This document shows, in pieces, positions 38,114-47,853 of a stretch of 64,000 bases of DNA; the first letter of the stretch is position 1, and the number at the start of each line of letters is the position of its first letter. The position numbers and the translations under genes were made by a program. The DNA is taken from assembly GCA_964355175.1 (NCBI GenBank), contig CAYHBZ010000001.1, positions 439,400-503,399 on the forward strand. Reading direction: 5' to 3'. This DNA is from an uncultured Gammaproteobacteria bacterium. GTDB taxonomy: Bacteria; Patescibacteriota; Patescibacteriia; Magasanikbacterales; GWA2-37-8. The notes beneath the pieces were generated by a model. The model did no database searches. It was not told where the DNA came from and saw only the letters and a list, made by a program, of their open reading frames with translations.

Positions 38114-38590
38114 ATGAAAAATAAAGAACAAATTCGCGCTTTCAGAGTATTTGCCATCAAAGAAGGTACTGTCATTGATCATATCCCGGCCAAACAAGCT
38201 TTAAAAATTATTCAATTTTTAAAACTATATAACAACGAAAAAATAGTTACTGCTGGCTTTAATTTTCCAAGTAAAACCCTAAAATTAAAAGATATTATCA
38301 AAATAGAAGGACGAGAATTGACAGAAGAGGAGGCCAACCAGGTGGCAATTTTGGCACCTACCGCTACCATCAATATTATTAAAAACTTTGACCTGGTGAA
38401 AAAATTCCCCGTAATGATACCCGCTCAAGTGGAAAAAATAGTTATCTGTCCAAACCCAAAATGCATTACCAATAACGAAAATATGGAAACGATTTTTTAT
38501 ACCAAAGCTCGCGGAGCCAAGGTAGACCTACAGTGTCGTTACTGCGAAAAAACTTTTTCTCAAGATGACATCAAGCAATACCGAGTTTAA
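38114..38590 (+). CDS. pyrI: Aspartate carbamoyltransferase regulatory subunit
   Basis: AIKEGTVIDHI, KDIIKIE, CPNPKCITN, CRYCE. Confidence 0.96.
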   Translation: MKNKEQIRAFRVFAIKEGTVIDHIPAKQALKIIQFLKLYNNEKIVTAGFNFPSKTLKLKDIIKIEGRELTEEEANQVAILAPTATINIIKNFDLVKKFPVMIPAQVEKIVICPNPKCITNNENMETIFYTKARGAKVDLQCRYCEKTFSQDDIKQYRV

Positions 38591-38599
38591 TTTCCTGAC

Positions 38600-39787
38600 A
38601 TGAAAATAAAAACTTATAACAATTTAGAAATTGAATTGGATTTGCCTCCCAACTCGGACACTACCAATCTAATAGCTTTACCTGCCCTGATTGATACCCA
38701 CGTGCATTTTCGCACGCCTGGCGCGGAATACAAAGAAAATTGGGAAAGTGGTGCCAAAGCGGCCATTGCCGGCGGCGTGACCAGCGTACTGGATATGCCC
38801 AATAATACTCCGTCTATTACTACCGAGGCAATTTTGGATGAAAAAATAAAAATAGTAGAAGCACAATTAAAAAAGGTTGGCATTCCCCTGCATCCTTATT
38901 TTTATCTTGGCGCCACCTTGGATAATTTGGAAGAAATAGAAAAATGTAAAAATAAAATAATCGGAGTAAAAATATTTATGGGCGCCAGTACCGGTAATTT
39001 ATTGGTATCAGATTACGAAACGCAAAGAAATATTTTTAAAAAATGTGCCGAGCTAAATATAGTAGTGGCTGTACATGCTGAGGATGACGATATCATCAAC
39101 GCTCAAAAAAATAAATTTCCTAGCGCCACCGTAAACGACCACGGAAAAATTCGCCCCAATATTGCGGCCCTGACTGCCGTAAAAAAAGCGATAAATTTGG
39201 CACGCGAAACTGGCGCTATTTTGTATATTCTCCATAGTAGCACTACTGAGGAAATAGCGCTGATTCGCCAAGCCAAAAAAGAAGGACTCCGGGTATTTGC
39301 CGAGGTCACTCCTCACCACCTATTTCTCACTGAGGAGGCCTATGGCACACTTGGCGCCAAAGCGCAGATGAACCCGCCTTTACGCTCCAAAGATGACCAC
39401 AAAGCCCTCTGGGAGGCCATAAAAGACGGCACCGTGGACACCGTAGGTACCGATCATGCTCCCCATACTTTACAGGAAAAAACCTTACCTTATCCACAGT
39501 CACCATCAGGTGTGCCGGGCATTGAAACCTACTTACCACTATTGCTTGACGCCTATAATGCGGGTAAAATTACTTTGGAGAAAATTGTGGAATTAACCCA
39601 TACTAATCCCCAAAAAATCTTTGATATAAAAGAAACCGGTGACCTGGTTTTGGTGGATTTAAACCAAGTGAAAAAAATAAAAAATGAAGATCTAAAAACT
39701 AAATGTGGTTGGAGTCCTTTTGCCGGCAAGGAATTAAAAGGTACGCCAAAATTTACAATTTTAAATAATATAATTTATAAAATTTAA
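38600..39787 (+). CDS. pyrC: Dihydroorotase
   Basis: DTHVHFRTPG, DMPNN, PHHL, NPPLR, TDHAPH. Confidence 0.93.
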   Translation: MKIKTYNNLEIELDLPPNSDTTNLIALPALIDTHVHFRTPGAEYKENWESGAKAAIAGGVTSVLDMPNNTPSITTEAILDEKIKIVEAQLKKVGIPLHPYFYLGATLDNLEEIEKCKNKIIGVKIFMGASTGNLLVSDYETQRNIFKKCAELNIVVAVHAEDDDIINAQKNKFPSATVNDHGKIRPNIAALTAVKKAINLARETGAILYILHSSTTEEIALIRQAKKEGLRVFAEVTPHHLFLTEEAYGTLGAKAQMNPPLRSKDDHKALWEAIKDGTVDTVGTDHAPHTLQEKTLPYPQSPSGVPGIETYLPLLLDAYNAGKITLEKIVELTHTNPQKIFDIKETGDLVLVDLNQVKKIKNEDLKTKCGWSPFAGKELKGTPKFTILNNIIYKI

Positions 39788-39790
39788 TCT

Positions 39791-40738
39791 ATGCGTCATC
39801 TCATCTCACTCAAGGAGCAAAGCAAGGAAGATATTTTGAAAATGCTCGATATGGCAATCAAATTAAAAGCTAAACGCCAAGCCAGAGAGTTGACAAATAT
39901 TTTACCAAACCAGACATTGGTAATGCTATTTCAAAAAACTTCTACTCGCACTCGCCTATCATTTGAAGCCGGCATGACAGAGCTTGGCGGTCATGGTATA
40001 TTTTTGGACAGCCGCACCTCACAGCTTTCACTCACTGATTTTGGCGATGAAATTCAAGCTATCATGCGCTTTGGACAAGTGCTAATGTTCCGCGCGCTTA
40101 AAGCCGATGATGTAATCAAAGCCGCGTCATATAATCGCGTACCGGTAATCGATGCTTGTAGCGAAAAATATCATCCAGCTCAAGCCCTGAGTGATTTGCT
40201 CACTATGGCCGAAAAATCAAACGGCATTGAAAATGTAAAAAAAATAACTTGGCTTGGTGTAGAAAATAATGTATCCAACACTCTCATGCTCGCCTGCGCC
40301 AAACTTGGTATCCAAATAGCCATCTGCGCTCCGGAAGCCAACACCCAGAGTATTGATCCGGAATTAAACGCCGTGGCCGAAGCTACCGGCATGGTGACAC
40401 GCACTACCAACCTACAGGAAGCTCTCAAAGACACCAACTATGTACATACCGACACTTGGATGGATATGGAATTTTTTGAAAATGGCCAAGTGAAACCTAG
40501 TTTCCAGGCGGAATATGATCGCCGCAAAACTACGTTTATGCCTTTTCAACTCAACGCCAATTTAATAAATATTTACTCTCCTCAAGCAAAAATAATGCAC
40601 TGTATGCCATGTCACATCGGCTATGAAATTACTCGCGACGCTATTGATCATCCAAATTCCGTAATTTATGATCAGGCCGAAAATCGTATGCATATGCAAA
40701 AGGCGATGATTCTTTGGTTACTGAACAAAGAAGTTTAA
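39791..40738 (+). CDS. argF: Ornithine carbamoyltransferase-family transcarbamylase
   Basis: FQKTSTRTR, HPAQAL, HCMP, QAENR; SMG loop is divergent (DTWMDM). Confidence 0.8.
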   Translation: MRHLISLKEQSKEDILKMLDMAIKLKAKRQARELTNILPNQTLVMLFQKTSTRTRLSFEAGMTELGGHGIFLDSRTSQLSLTDFGDEIQAIMRFGQVLMFRALKADDVIKAASYNRVPVIDACSEKYHPAQALSDLLTMAEKSNGIENVKKITWLGVENNVSNTLMLACAKLGIQIAICAPEANTQSIDPELNAVAEATGMVTRTTNLQEALKDTNYVHTDTWMDMEFFENGQVKPSFQAEYDRRKTTFMPFQLNANLINIYSPQAKIMHCMPCHIGYEITRDAIDHPNSVIYDQAENRMHMQKAMILWLLNKEV

Positions 40739-40750
40739 AAAAATAAATTT

Positions 40751-41350
40751 ATGATCAGAGAAGAATTGGTAAATAAACTATTTGAAATCAACGCTGTAAA
40801 ATTTGGCGAGTTCAAACTCAAAAGCGGTATCATGTCGCCAGTATATATCGACCTACGCGTAATTGTTTCCTATCCGGAAGTACTCAAAGCGGTCGGCGAA
40901 GCCATGTGGGAAAAAGTAAAAAATCTAAAATTTGATCTACTCTGTGGCGTACCATATACGGCTCTGCCAATCGCCACGGCTATCTCTCTAAAGCATAATA
41001 TTCCGATGATTATGCGCCGTAAGGAAGTAAAAGATTATGGCACTAGAAAAGCCATTGAAGGCGCTTTCACTGCCGGTCAGCAAGTATTGGTGGTGGAAGA
41101 TTTAGTCACCAGCGGCAGCAGTGTTTTTGAAACCATCGAGCCACTTGAACTCGAAGGATTAAAAATCAACGATGTCATAGTAATGCTTGATCGCGAGCAA
41201 GGCGGCAAAAAACATATCTCTGAAAAAGGAAAGAATTTGCACTCGGTAATTACTATGAGCGAGCTGGTAGATACTCTAGAAAAAAATAATAAATTGGACA
41301 CGCAAACCGTACAAAAAGTGAAAGAATTTATCCAAAACAATCAGGTCTAA
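40751..41350 (+). CDS. pyrE: Orotate phosphoribosyltransferase
   Basis: GEFKLKSG..SPVYIDLR, RRKEVKDYG, VVEDLVTSGSS. Confidence 0.96.
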   Translation: MIREELVNKLFEINAVKFGEFKLKSGIMSPVYIDLRVIVSYPEVLKAVGEAMWEKVKNLKFDLLCGVPYTALPIATAISLKHNIPMIMRRKEVKDYGTRKAIEGAFTAGQQVLVVEDLVTSGSSVFETIEPLELEGLKINDVIVMLDREQGGKKHISEKGKNLHSVITMSELVDTLEKNNKLDTQTVQKVKEFIQNNQV

Positions 41351-41351
41351 T

Positions 41352-42170
41352 ATGATAATGGAAAAAGTAAAAAATATTATCGCCAAAAATAATTCGCTGG
41401 TCTGTGTGGGATTAGATACGGAAATTTCCAAAATTCCCGCTCATTTAAAAAATGTAGAATTTCCTCAATTTGAATTCAACAAAGCCATTATTGACGCCAT
41501 TGCCGATTTAGTATGCGCCTTTAAACCCAACACTGCCTTTTACGAAGCTCAAGGCGAGCAAGGAATACACGAACTAAAAATGACCTGCAATTATTTGAAA
41601 GAAAAATATCCAGCAGTACTTTTAATCCTCGATGCCAAACGCGCCGACATTGGGAATACCAACAACGGCTATGTAAAATTTGCTTTTGATTATTTGCAGG
41701 CCGACATGATTACTCTTCACCCCTACTTGGGACAAGAAGCACTCGCGCCATTTCTAGACCGCGCCGATAAAGGCAGTGCCATTCTGTGTCGCACTTCCAA
41801 TATTGGCGCCGGAGAATTTCAAGATCTGAGAATAAACAACAAGAGTCTATTTGAAATAGTAGCCGAAAAAGTGGTAAAACTTTGGAATACAAATAATAAT
41901 TGTTTATTGGTAATAGGAGCCACTTATCCTGAAGAAATGGAACTGATCAGATCCAAAACCGACACTATGTTTTTCTTGGTTCCAGGCATTGGCGCTCAAG
42001 GCGGCGATCTGGAAAAAACTTTATTATCCGGATTAAATTCAGAAAAAAGTGGTTTGATAATTAGTTCTTCCCGTGGCATAATTTTTGCCGACAACACCGA
42101 AAATTTTGCCATCAAAGCGCGCGAGGAAGCGCTGAAATTAAAGGATGAAATTAATAAATACAGAATCTAA
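41352..42170 (+). CDS. pyrF: Orotidine-5'-phosphate decarboxylase (native copy)
   Basis: CVGLD, FKPN, DAKRADIGNT, PGIGAQGG, SSSR. Confidence 0.95.
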   Translation: MIMEKVKNIIAKNNSLVCVGLDTEISKIPAHLKNVEFPQFEFNKAIIDAIADLVCAFKPNTAFYEAQGEQGIHELKMTCNYLKEKYPAVLLILDAKRADIGNTNNGYVKFAFDYLQADMITLHPYLGQEALAPFLDRADKGSAILCRTSNIGAGEFQDLRINNKSLFEIVAEKVVKLWNTNNNCLLVIGATYPEEMELIRSKTDTMFFLVPGIGAQGGDLEKTLLSGLNSEKSGLIISSSRGIIFADNTENFAIKAREEALKLKDEINKYRI

Positions 42171-42180
42171 AAAAAATAAA

Positions 42181-42210
42181 AAAACTCCCGACACGCGAGA
42201 GTTTTTTTAT
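42181..42210. terminator. Bidirectional terminator between pyrF and ruvA
   Basis: A-tract-CTCCCG ACACG CGAGAG-T-tract. Confidence 0.55.
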
Positions 42211-42220
42211 TTTAAAATAT

Positions 42221-42808
42221 TTATTTTATAATCCTCAATGCTTCGCGCAATAATTGTTCGCTTGTCTTTCCATCCGTTTCAATCTTCTTGAGTGTTTCGC
42301 GCGCCTGTAATACAGTATACCCCAAAGTAATTAGACCTTCGAGCGCATCATTTACACTTCCACTTTCGTGTTCAGACAAAGTTACCTTACCATATTCAGT
42401 TTGCTGTTTCTGCATTTTTTCACGCAATTCTACCACTATTCTCTCCGCCGTCTTTTTTCCAATACCACTTACCTTAGTCAAAAAATCCATGTCCCCTCTG
42501 CCCACTGCCAAAGCAATTTCTTCTACACTGCCCAGTGAAAAAAGATGCATCGCGGTTTTTGGTCCAACCCCCGAAACCGATACAAAATTTTTAAATAATT
42601 TCTTTTCCGAAACATTAGCAAAACCGTACAAATCCAGAGCGTCTTCTTTTACCACCAAATGTGTTTCCAAATTTACTTCATTTCCTATCACACAAATCTG
42701 CGCGGCGCTTGGTGAAACCAAAAGACTATATCCAATTCCGCTATTGGTCATAATCACTGCCTCGGACCCTACACAACTGACTACTTTTCCTTGAATTAGA
42801 GCGATCAT
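42221..42808 (-). CDS. ruvA: Holliday junction branch migration protein RuvA
   Basis: GIGY, LYGF, VSGVGPKTA, GIGKKTAERIVVEL, LITLGY. Confidence 0.96.
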   Translation of the reverse strand: MIALIQGKVVSCVGSEAVIMTNSGIGYSLLVSPSAAQICVIGNEVNLETHLVVKEDALDLYGFANVSEKKLFKNFVSVSGVGPKTAMHLFSLGSVEEIALAVGRGDMDFLTKVSGIGKKTAERIVVELREKMQKQQTEYGKVTLSEHESGSVNDALEGLITLGYTVLQARETLKKIETDGKTSEQLLREALRIIK

Positions 42809-42883
42809 ATTTTATTTATTACCCCCATATTTTAGCATAGTTTAAAAAATAAAAAAACCCCGATTTCTCAGGGTTTTAATAGC

Positions 42884-43852
42884 TTATTTTTTACCTTTCT
42901 TCACACGACTCACACGGATCAGACCACCGCAAACCAATACTTCAATTCCACGTTTTTCTAATTCATCAAGCCATAGATTCATTCCTAAAGAATCTGATGA
43001 CATGTGGCCAGCAATAATAATATTCATATGACCTTCATTGGAATTACGAATAGCGTCTTCTCTCATATGCATTCCCACTATAGTACTTATACCATATTGT
43101 GAAAAACGCTCATATACTTTAGGAGAAGGATTTGTGCCGCCCGTCATCTCTAACATCCATTTACCCACTCTATGATTGGGCCCGCCCGCAACAATCCTCG
43201 GACCAGCTCCCTGTTTTTGAGCGATTTGATATTCCGGCAACTCAAGTAAAACTTTTACTATTTCTCCTACTGTTTCCGGACCTTTTTTTATTAAGTATTC
43301 ACGAACAAATTTATCTACTAAATTATCAGTAATAGTATGAGTATTAATGAAATTAATATTTAGATGTTTAGCAATATCTATTGCTTGAAAATGATTAAGC
43401 GGATGGAACCCCCGCCCCACTTCCCTAATACGATCTTCGGTTAATTTTTCGGCCATATGTACTGGAATACCATACATAGGATAAACATCCGTATACATTT
43501 CCATCACTTCGTGTAAATTGGCCAAAGCTTTTCCCTCTGGATGGTGGGCAATTACCAGATCAATTTTTTTACCACGCTCATTTAGTTGACTAGCTAATAA
43601 AATTTCAGGACCATTTATATCAATTCCAGCCAATACTCTCTTTACTTTTGTTTTACCATCATCAACGTGTATAAAGCTGTCCGGAAAAGGAACGACTAAT
43701 TTTTCAGTATCAAACAATTTTTTATCTTCCAAATTTAAACTTTCATACTGTTTTTTAACCCTTTCCAAATATTTTTTTATTCCTTTTGGCCCTCTTGGAT
43801 CAGCCTCCACACCAATTTTATTAGCCAGATCAAAGACTTCTTTTACATTCAT
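42884..43852 (-). CDS. NIF3-like (NGG1p-interacting factor) metal-binding protein
   Basis: ADPRG, AGID, AHHPEG, HTITDN, MTGGT, AGHMSSDSLGMN. Confidence 0.8.
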   Translation of the reverse strand: MNVKEVFDLANKIGVEADPRGPKGIKKYLERVKKQYESLNLEDKKLFDTEKLVVPFPDSFIHVDDGKTKVKRVLAGIDINGPEILLASQLNERGKKIDLVIAHHPEGKALANLHEVMEMYTDVYPMYGIPVHMAEKLTEDRIREVGRGFHPLNHFQAIDIAKHLNINFINTHTITDNLVDKFVREYLIKKGPETVGEIVKVLLELPEYQIAQKQGAGPRIVAGGPNHRVGKWMLEMTGGTNPSPKVYERFSQYGISTIVGMHMREDAIRNSNEGHMNIIIAGHMSSDSLGMNLWLDELEKRGIEVLVCGGLIRVSRVKKGKK

Positions 43853-43939
43853 ATAGTTCTAAAATAATAATTACTAAATTTAGTTTAACTCAAAAAAATA
43901 GCATTGTCAATCGCTATTTTTGTCCAGAATTACATTAAA

Positions 43940-44830
43940 TTATTGATAAAAAGTATACTGCGGAGACTTGTCTAAATGCCACAATTCTTTCCATCCACAG
44001 TCTCCACAAAAAGCATCAAAAGACTTGGCACCATTTACAATAGCCTGATCAATATTATAAATGGTTAAAAAAGTAGTAAAATTTTTAAATGCCTCTTCGC
44101 TAATCCCAAAATTTACAAACGCATAATCCTCTTGATACAGAATTGATAAAGAAACACCTTGCAAAGCATCATTTAAATAAAAAGAATTTAAAAATATTTT
44201 TAACGGTAGTTTTAAAATATCTCTAAAAATTTCTTTACGGTACGGCCAATTAAAGGTTGAAGACTCGCCAAATCTACCAATTTTAAATTGCATTAATTCT
44301 TCTATATTCAACAAATTATTACTTACAACTTCAACTTTTTCTTGTTGAATTTTTTTAAGCTTACGTTTCAATTTTCCTCTTGATTCAGAATCAAAATAAT
44401 TCTGTAAGTAATCCTCGCTACTTTTTAAAGTATCCAATTTTAAAAAATATTTTTGATCCAATACTTTTAAATTTTTAGTAAAATCATCCTCGCCAATGAC
44501 ATATTCCAACTTTGCTGGTCCTGGCAAATTTTCGTAAAAATTGGAAACATACTGTCGGGCTTCAAATTTTATTGAAACCCTATTATTTTCCATAAAATTA
44601 CCTCCAAAAAACTCTAAATAGCCGGCATCCGTATTTTTCTGTAGGGGCAACAATCCTACTGCAATATCATTAATAAAACCTACCTTAAAATAGATAGGGT
44701 AATTAAAATACTTATAAAAACAATACCTAAAATCCCAATTATCAAAAACTGATTTTTGTTCTACGAATAAATCCCAATAAAATTTAGCCTCAATTAAATT
44801 TTCGACTATTTTAAAATCAATTTTGCTCAT
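43940..44830 (-). CDS. GNAT-fold protein (CelD/BcsL-like acetyltransferase)
   Basis: VGLLPL, RGKLKRKLKK, C-terminal G...WKELW typical of tandem-GNAT proteins. Confidence 0.7.
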   Translation of the reverse strand: MSKIDFKIVENLIEAKFYWDLFVEQKSVFDNWDFRYCFYKYFNYPIYFKVGFINDIAVGLLPLQKNTDAGYLEFFGGNFMENNRVSIKFEARQYVSNFYENLPGPAKLEYVIGEDDFTKNLKVLDQKYFLKLDTLKSSEDYLQNYFDSESRGKLKRKLKKIQQEKVEVVSNNLLNIEELMQFKIGRFGESSTFNWPYRKEIFRDILKLPLKIFLNSFYLNDALQGVSLSILYQEDYAFVNFGISEEAFKNFTTFLTIYNIDQAIVNGAKSFDAFCGDCGWKELWHLDKSPQYTFYQ

Positions 44831-44959
44831 ATTATGGTCTACTTAGCCAATAATATAGAATAAAACGACCTGTGTCAAATATAGATTAAATATAATTTAT
44901 AAAATATTGACAAAAATAATAAAAAATGCTAATATTCTTAAGTTATTTTAACTTCTCGT

Positions 44960-46498
44960 ATGGAAGAGTATAATCAATTATTGGAGAATTTTCAGCTACT
45001 AAAACAAAAGGTTTTAGAAAAAAGACCGGTATTAAAACAACTTCTCAAAAAGAAGGGCACCAAGAACATCCTGGAATACGCCAACCAATACGTGGATGTA
45101 AACTTAAACCCAACCATACCTAAAAGACAGATAGAATTTTTAGACATAATCAACCAAACCGTTGAGGAAAGATTTGGCAAAAAAATTGCCGATTCAGTTG
45201 TAAGACAATTAAAGAAATACTACTTTGTCTCTACTTCCGACCATACCGGACCAATCACCCACCCTTTCTTTGTAAATTCAAATTTACTAATAGCCGCTTC
45301 AATCTTACAGCACGAGGATCCTGACTTACAAAACATTGTTGTTTTAAGCTGTTCTCGCGTATCCGTAGACAACTCTTCCTTCCCGAGGGGTCTTTTTTTT
45401 CATAATTATTTAGATGGTAAATTAGAAACTCACCGTTTTGCTTTCTTTTCTAGCAATACTAGACCTCCTCTTATTTATACCATGCGCCCATATGGCCGAG
45501 AAGAATTGGATCAAATTTATGGCACTTTAGATAAAAAACTAAAGAAAAAAGAGATCTCTCAAGAACAATACGAAAAAATTCTAAACGTTTTTAAAGAAGT
45601 ATACGATAGCCCCGAGATGCTTAATTTATCAACCTATACCGAACAAATAAGCAAAACTAATTTTTTGCTATGGCAAAAATTCTTTTCGGAAAGTAATATT
45701 AAAATGCCAAATTTAATATACTTAGAAATTGAAGATATCGTTACTAAGCTTATTATCAAATATCATTTAAACCAGGACACTATCATCAATCATGTTTTAT
45801 TTGATCCAGAATATGAGCCTTATATAAACAACTATTTTGAAAATATTTTTGGATCTTTCTCTAGACAAGATGACGCGGGTACATATCTATTTTGGGCTCT
45901 ACCAGAAGGAGCCAGATACAACCTTCAATTATGGAGAGAGGGCAATTATTTAGTATCCAAAGATGGTAGTTATAAAATCGAGCTAACACCAGAAGCAATA
46001 AAGGAGGCCTTGCTTAAAAAGGAACTAATTCCTGGCTTATTGCTGGATTTCATGGTAGTTTCTTTTTATTATGGCTTAAAATGTTTAGGTGGATTTAACC
46101 AGATCAACTACCTAACACTAATGAAAAATAGCTATATTAAAATGAATGTTGATCTAGAAAACTATCGCAGTATTGAAATCTGCGCTCGCGCCCAAACTAA
46201 AGAAATCTGTGACGGCTTAACGGTAGCTTATGTTGGATATAATGGCGATAAACAAATGATACTTGCCAGCGGCTTGGATCTAATCCTATATCAAAATAAA
46301 GATAGTTGGAAAACTTTGATGAACCTGATCAATAATATTACTATTGAAAAAGCTCTCGAACCTTTATTGCCGGAAATTTATAAAATTACCTACGACCAAA
46401 AAGAGTGGGATGAAAAACTAACCAACATCACCGATAAAGACATCACCAATCTAAATGGTCTAAATCAAAAAATAGAACCATGTATTTTTATAAAATAA
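44960..46498 (+). CDS. Hypothetical protein (512 aa)
   Basis: Long ORF with TTGACA-17-TAATAT promoter; motifs DHTGP..HPFF, SFPRG, YLFW, CLGGFNQINYL. Confidence 0.8.
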   Translation: MEEYNQLLENFQLLKQKVLEKRPVLKQLLKKKGTKNILEYANQYVDVNLNPTIPKRQIEFLDIINQTVEERFGKKIADSVVRQLKKYYFVSTSDHTGPITHPFFVNSNLLIAASILQHEDPDLQNIVVLSCSRVSVDNSSFPRGLFFHNYLDGKLETHRFAFFSSNTRPPLIYTMRPYGREELDQIYGTLDKKLKKKEISQEQYEKILNVFKEVYDSPEMLNLSTYTEQISKTNFLLWQKFFSESNIKMPNLIYLEIEDIVTKLIIKYHLNQDTIINHVLFDPEYEPYINNYFENIFGSFSRQDDAGTYLFWALPEGARYNLQLWREGNYLVSKDGSYKIELTPEAIKEALLKKELIPGLLLDFMVVSFYYGLKCLGGFNQINYLTLMKNSYIKMNVDLENYRSIEICARAQTKEICDGLTVAYVGYNGDKQMILASGLDLILYQNKDSWKTLMNLINNITIEKALEPLLPEIYKITYDQKEWDEKLTNITDKDITNLNGLNQKIEPCIFIK

Positions 46499-46505
46499 TA
46501 ATCTT

Positions 46506-47834
46506 GTGAAAAAAGTTCTATTAATTGGAAGTAGCGCTTGTACGGTGGCCATTGGCCAAGTATACAAAAATAGTGGGGCTAAAATTTTTGTTTACGCCGA
46601 AATTTTGAATCCTGGCTTGGCAGATATTGCCCAAGACTACCAACTAGGAGCTTTTAAAGATTCTGAGAAATTAAAAAGATTCGCCAACAAAATAAAACCG
46701 GATTTTGCTTTTATAGGCCCACCAAAGGCACTTTTTTGTGGTGTGGTGGATGCTTTAAAAAAAATAAATATACCCTCAATCGGACCAACTCAAAAAAATT
46801 CTAAACTGGAATCATCCAAATCTTTTACTCGCAAACTTTTAAATAAGTATAAAGTGCCGGGTAGTATAAAATATAAAATTTTTACTTCTCCTAAAGGAAT
46901 TGAGAAATTTGTCGATAGACTCGGAGGAAACTTTGTGGTCAAGGCCGACGGACCAATGTCAGTAATGGGTGTTCAGGTTTCAGGTGACCATTTTAAAAAA
47001 AATTTTCAAGGTATAGCTTTCGCCAAAAAATGTATTAAATTGCACGGACGAGTTGTTATTGAAGAAAAATTGATTGGCGAAGAATTTAGCTTGATGAGTT
47101 TTTGTGATGGCAAATCCTTATCTCATATGCCGGCCGTCCAAGATTTTAAACGCGCTCTAATAAACGACAAGGGTCAAAATACCGGCGGAATGGGAGCTTA
47201 TACAGACAGAAATCATCTTTTGCCTTTTATAAGCAAAGAGGATTATCTACGGGCTGGCGAAATAAATAATTTAGCTATTCAAGCTCTACAAAAAGAAACT
47301 GGCATAAAATATAAAGGTGTTATATTTGGTGGTTTTATGATAACTGCAAAAGGCTTAAAGGTTTTAGAATTTAATGTACGCACAGGGGATCCAGAGGGCA
47401 TCGTAGCTTTCTCACTTTTAAAAACAAATTTAGTAGATATTTCCAACGCCATAATTGCTGGCAGACTCGGTCAATTGAATATAAAATTTGAAAATAAGGC
47501 TGGAGTTTGTAAATATGTTGTACCAAAAGGTTACCCTGAAAAAGGGCAAAAAAATAAAAAGATAAAAATCATGTCTCTGCCCAAAGGCGCTACACCATTT
47601 ACTGCTTGGGTCAAAAAAACCGACTCTGGTTTAGTTATAAATGGAGACACTGATATCGGCAGATCTATAGCCATCTTTGCCAAAGGTAAAACTTTAAAAG
47701 AGGCAGAAAATATATCTGAAGCTGGATGTAGACAAATCAAAGGCCCACTTTATCATCGTAGCGATATTGCAAAAACCGATATAATAAATAAAAAAATTAT
47801 TAGAATGAAAAAAATAAAAAATAAAGCCTTGTAA
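46506..47834 (+). CDS. purD: Phosphoribosylamine-glycine ligase-like ATP-grasp enzyme (divergent)
   Basis: LESSK, VKADG, EEKL.GEEFS, QD.KR, NTGGMGAY, EFNVR.GDPE, YHRSDI. Confidence 0.75.
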   Translation: MKKVLLIGSSACTVAIGQVYKNSGAKIFVYAEILNPGLADIAQDYQLGAFKDSEKLKRFANKIKPDFAFIGPPKALFCGVVDALKKINIPSIGPTQKNSKLESSKSFTRKLLNKYKVPGSIKYKIFTSPKGIEKFVDRLGGNFVVKADGPMSVMGVQVSGDHFKKNFQGIAFAKKCIKLHGRVVIEEKLIGEEFSLMSFCDGKSLSHMPAVQDFKRALINDKGQNTGGMGAYTDRNHLLPFISKEDYLRAGEINNLAIQALQKETGIKYKGVIFGGFMITAKGLKVLEFNVRTGDPEGIVAFSLLKTNLVDISNAIIAGRLGQLNIKFENKAGVCKYVVPKGYPEKGQKNKKIKIMSLPKGATPFTAWVKKTDSGLVINGDTDIGRSIAIFAKGKTLKEAENISEAGCRQIKGPLYHRSDIAKTDIINKKIIRMKKIKNKAL

Positions 47835-47853
47835 GGCTTTATTTTTTATTAAT

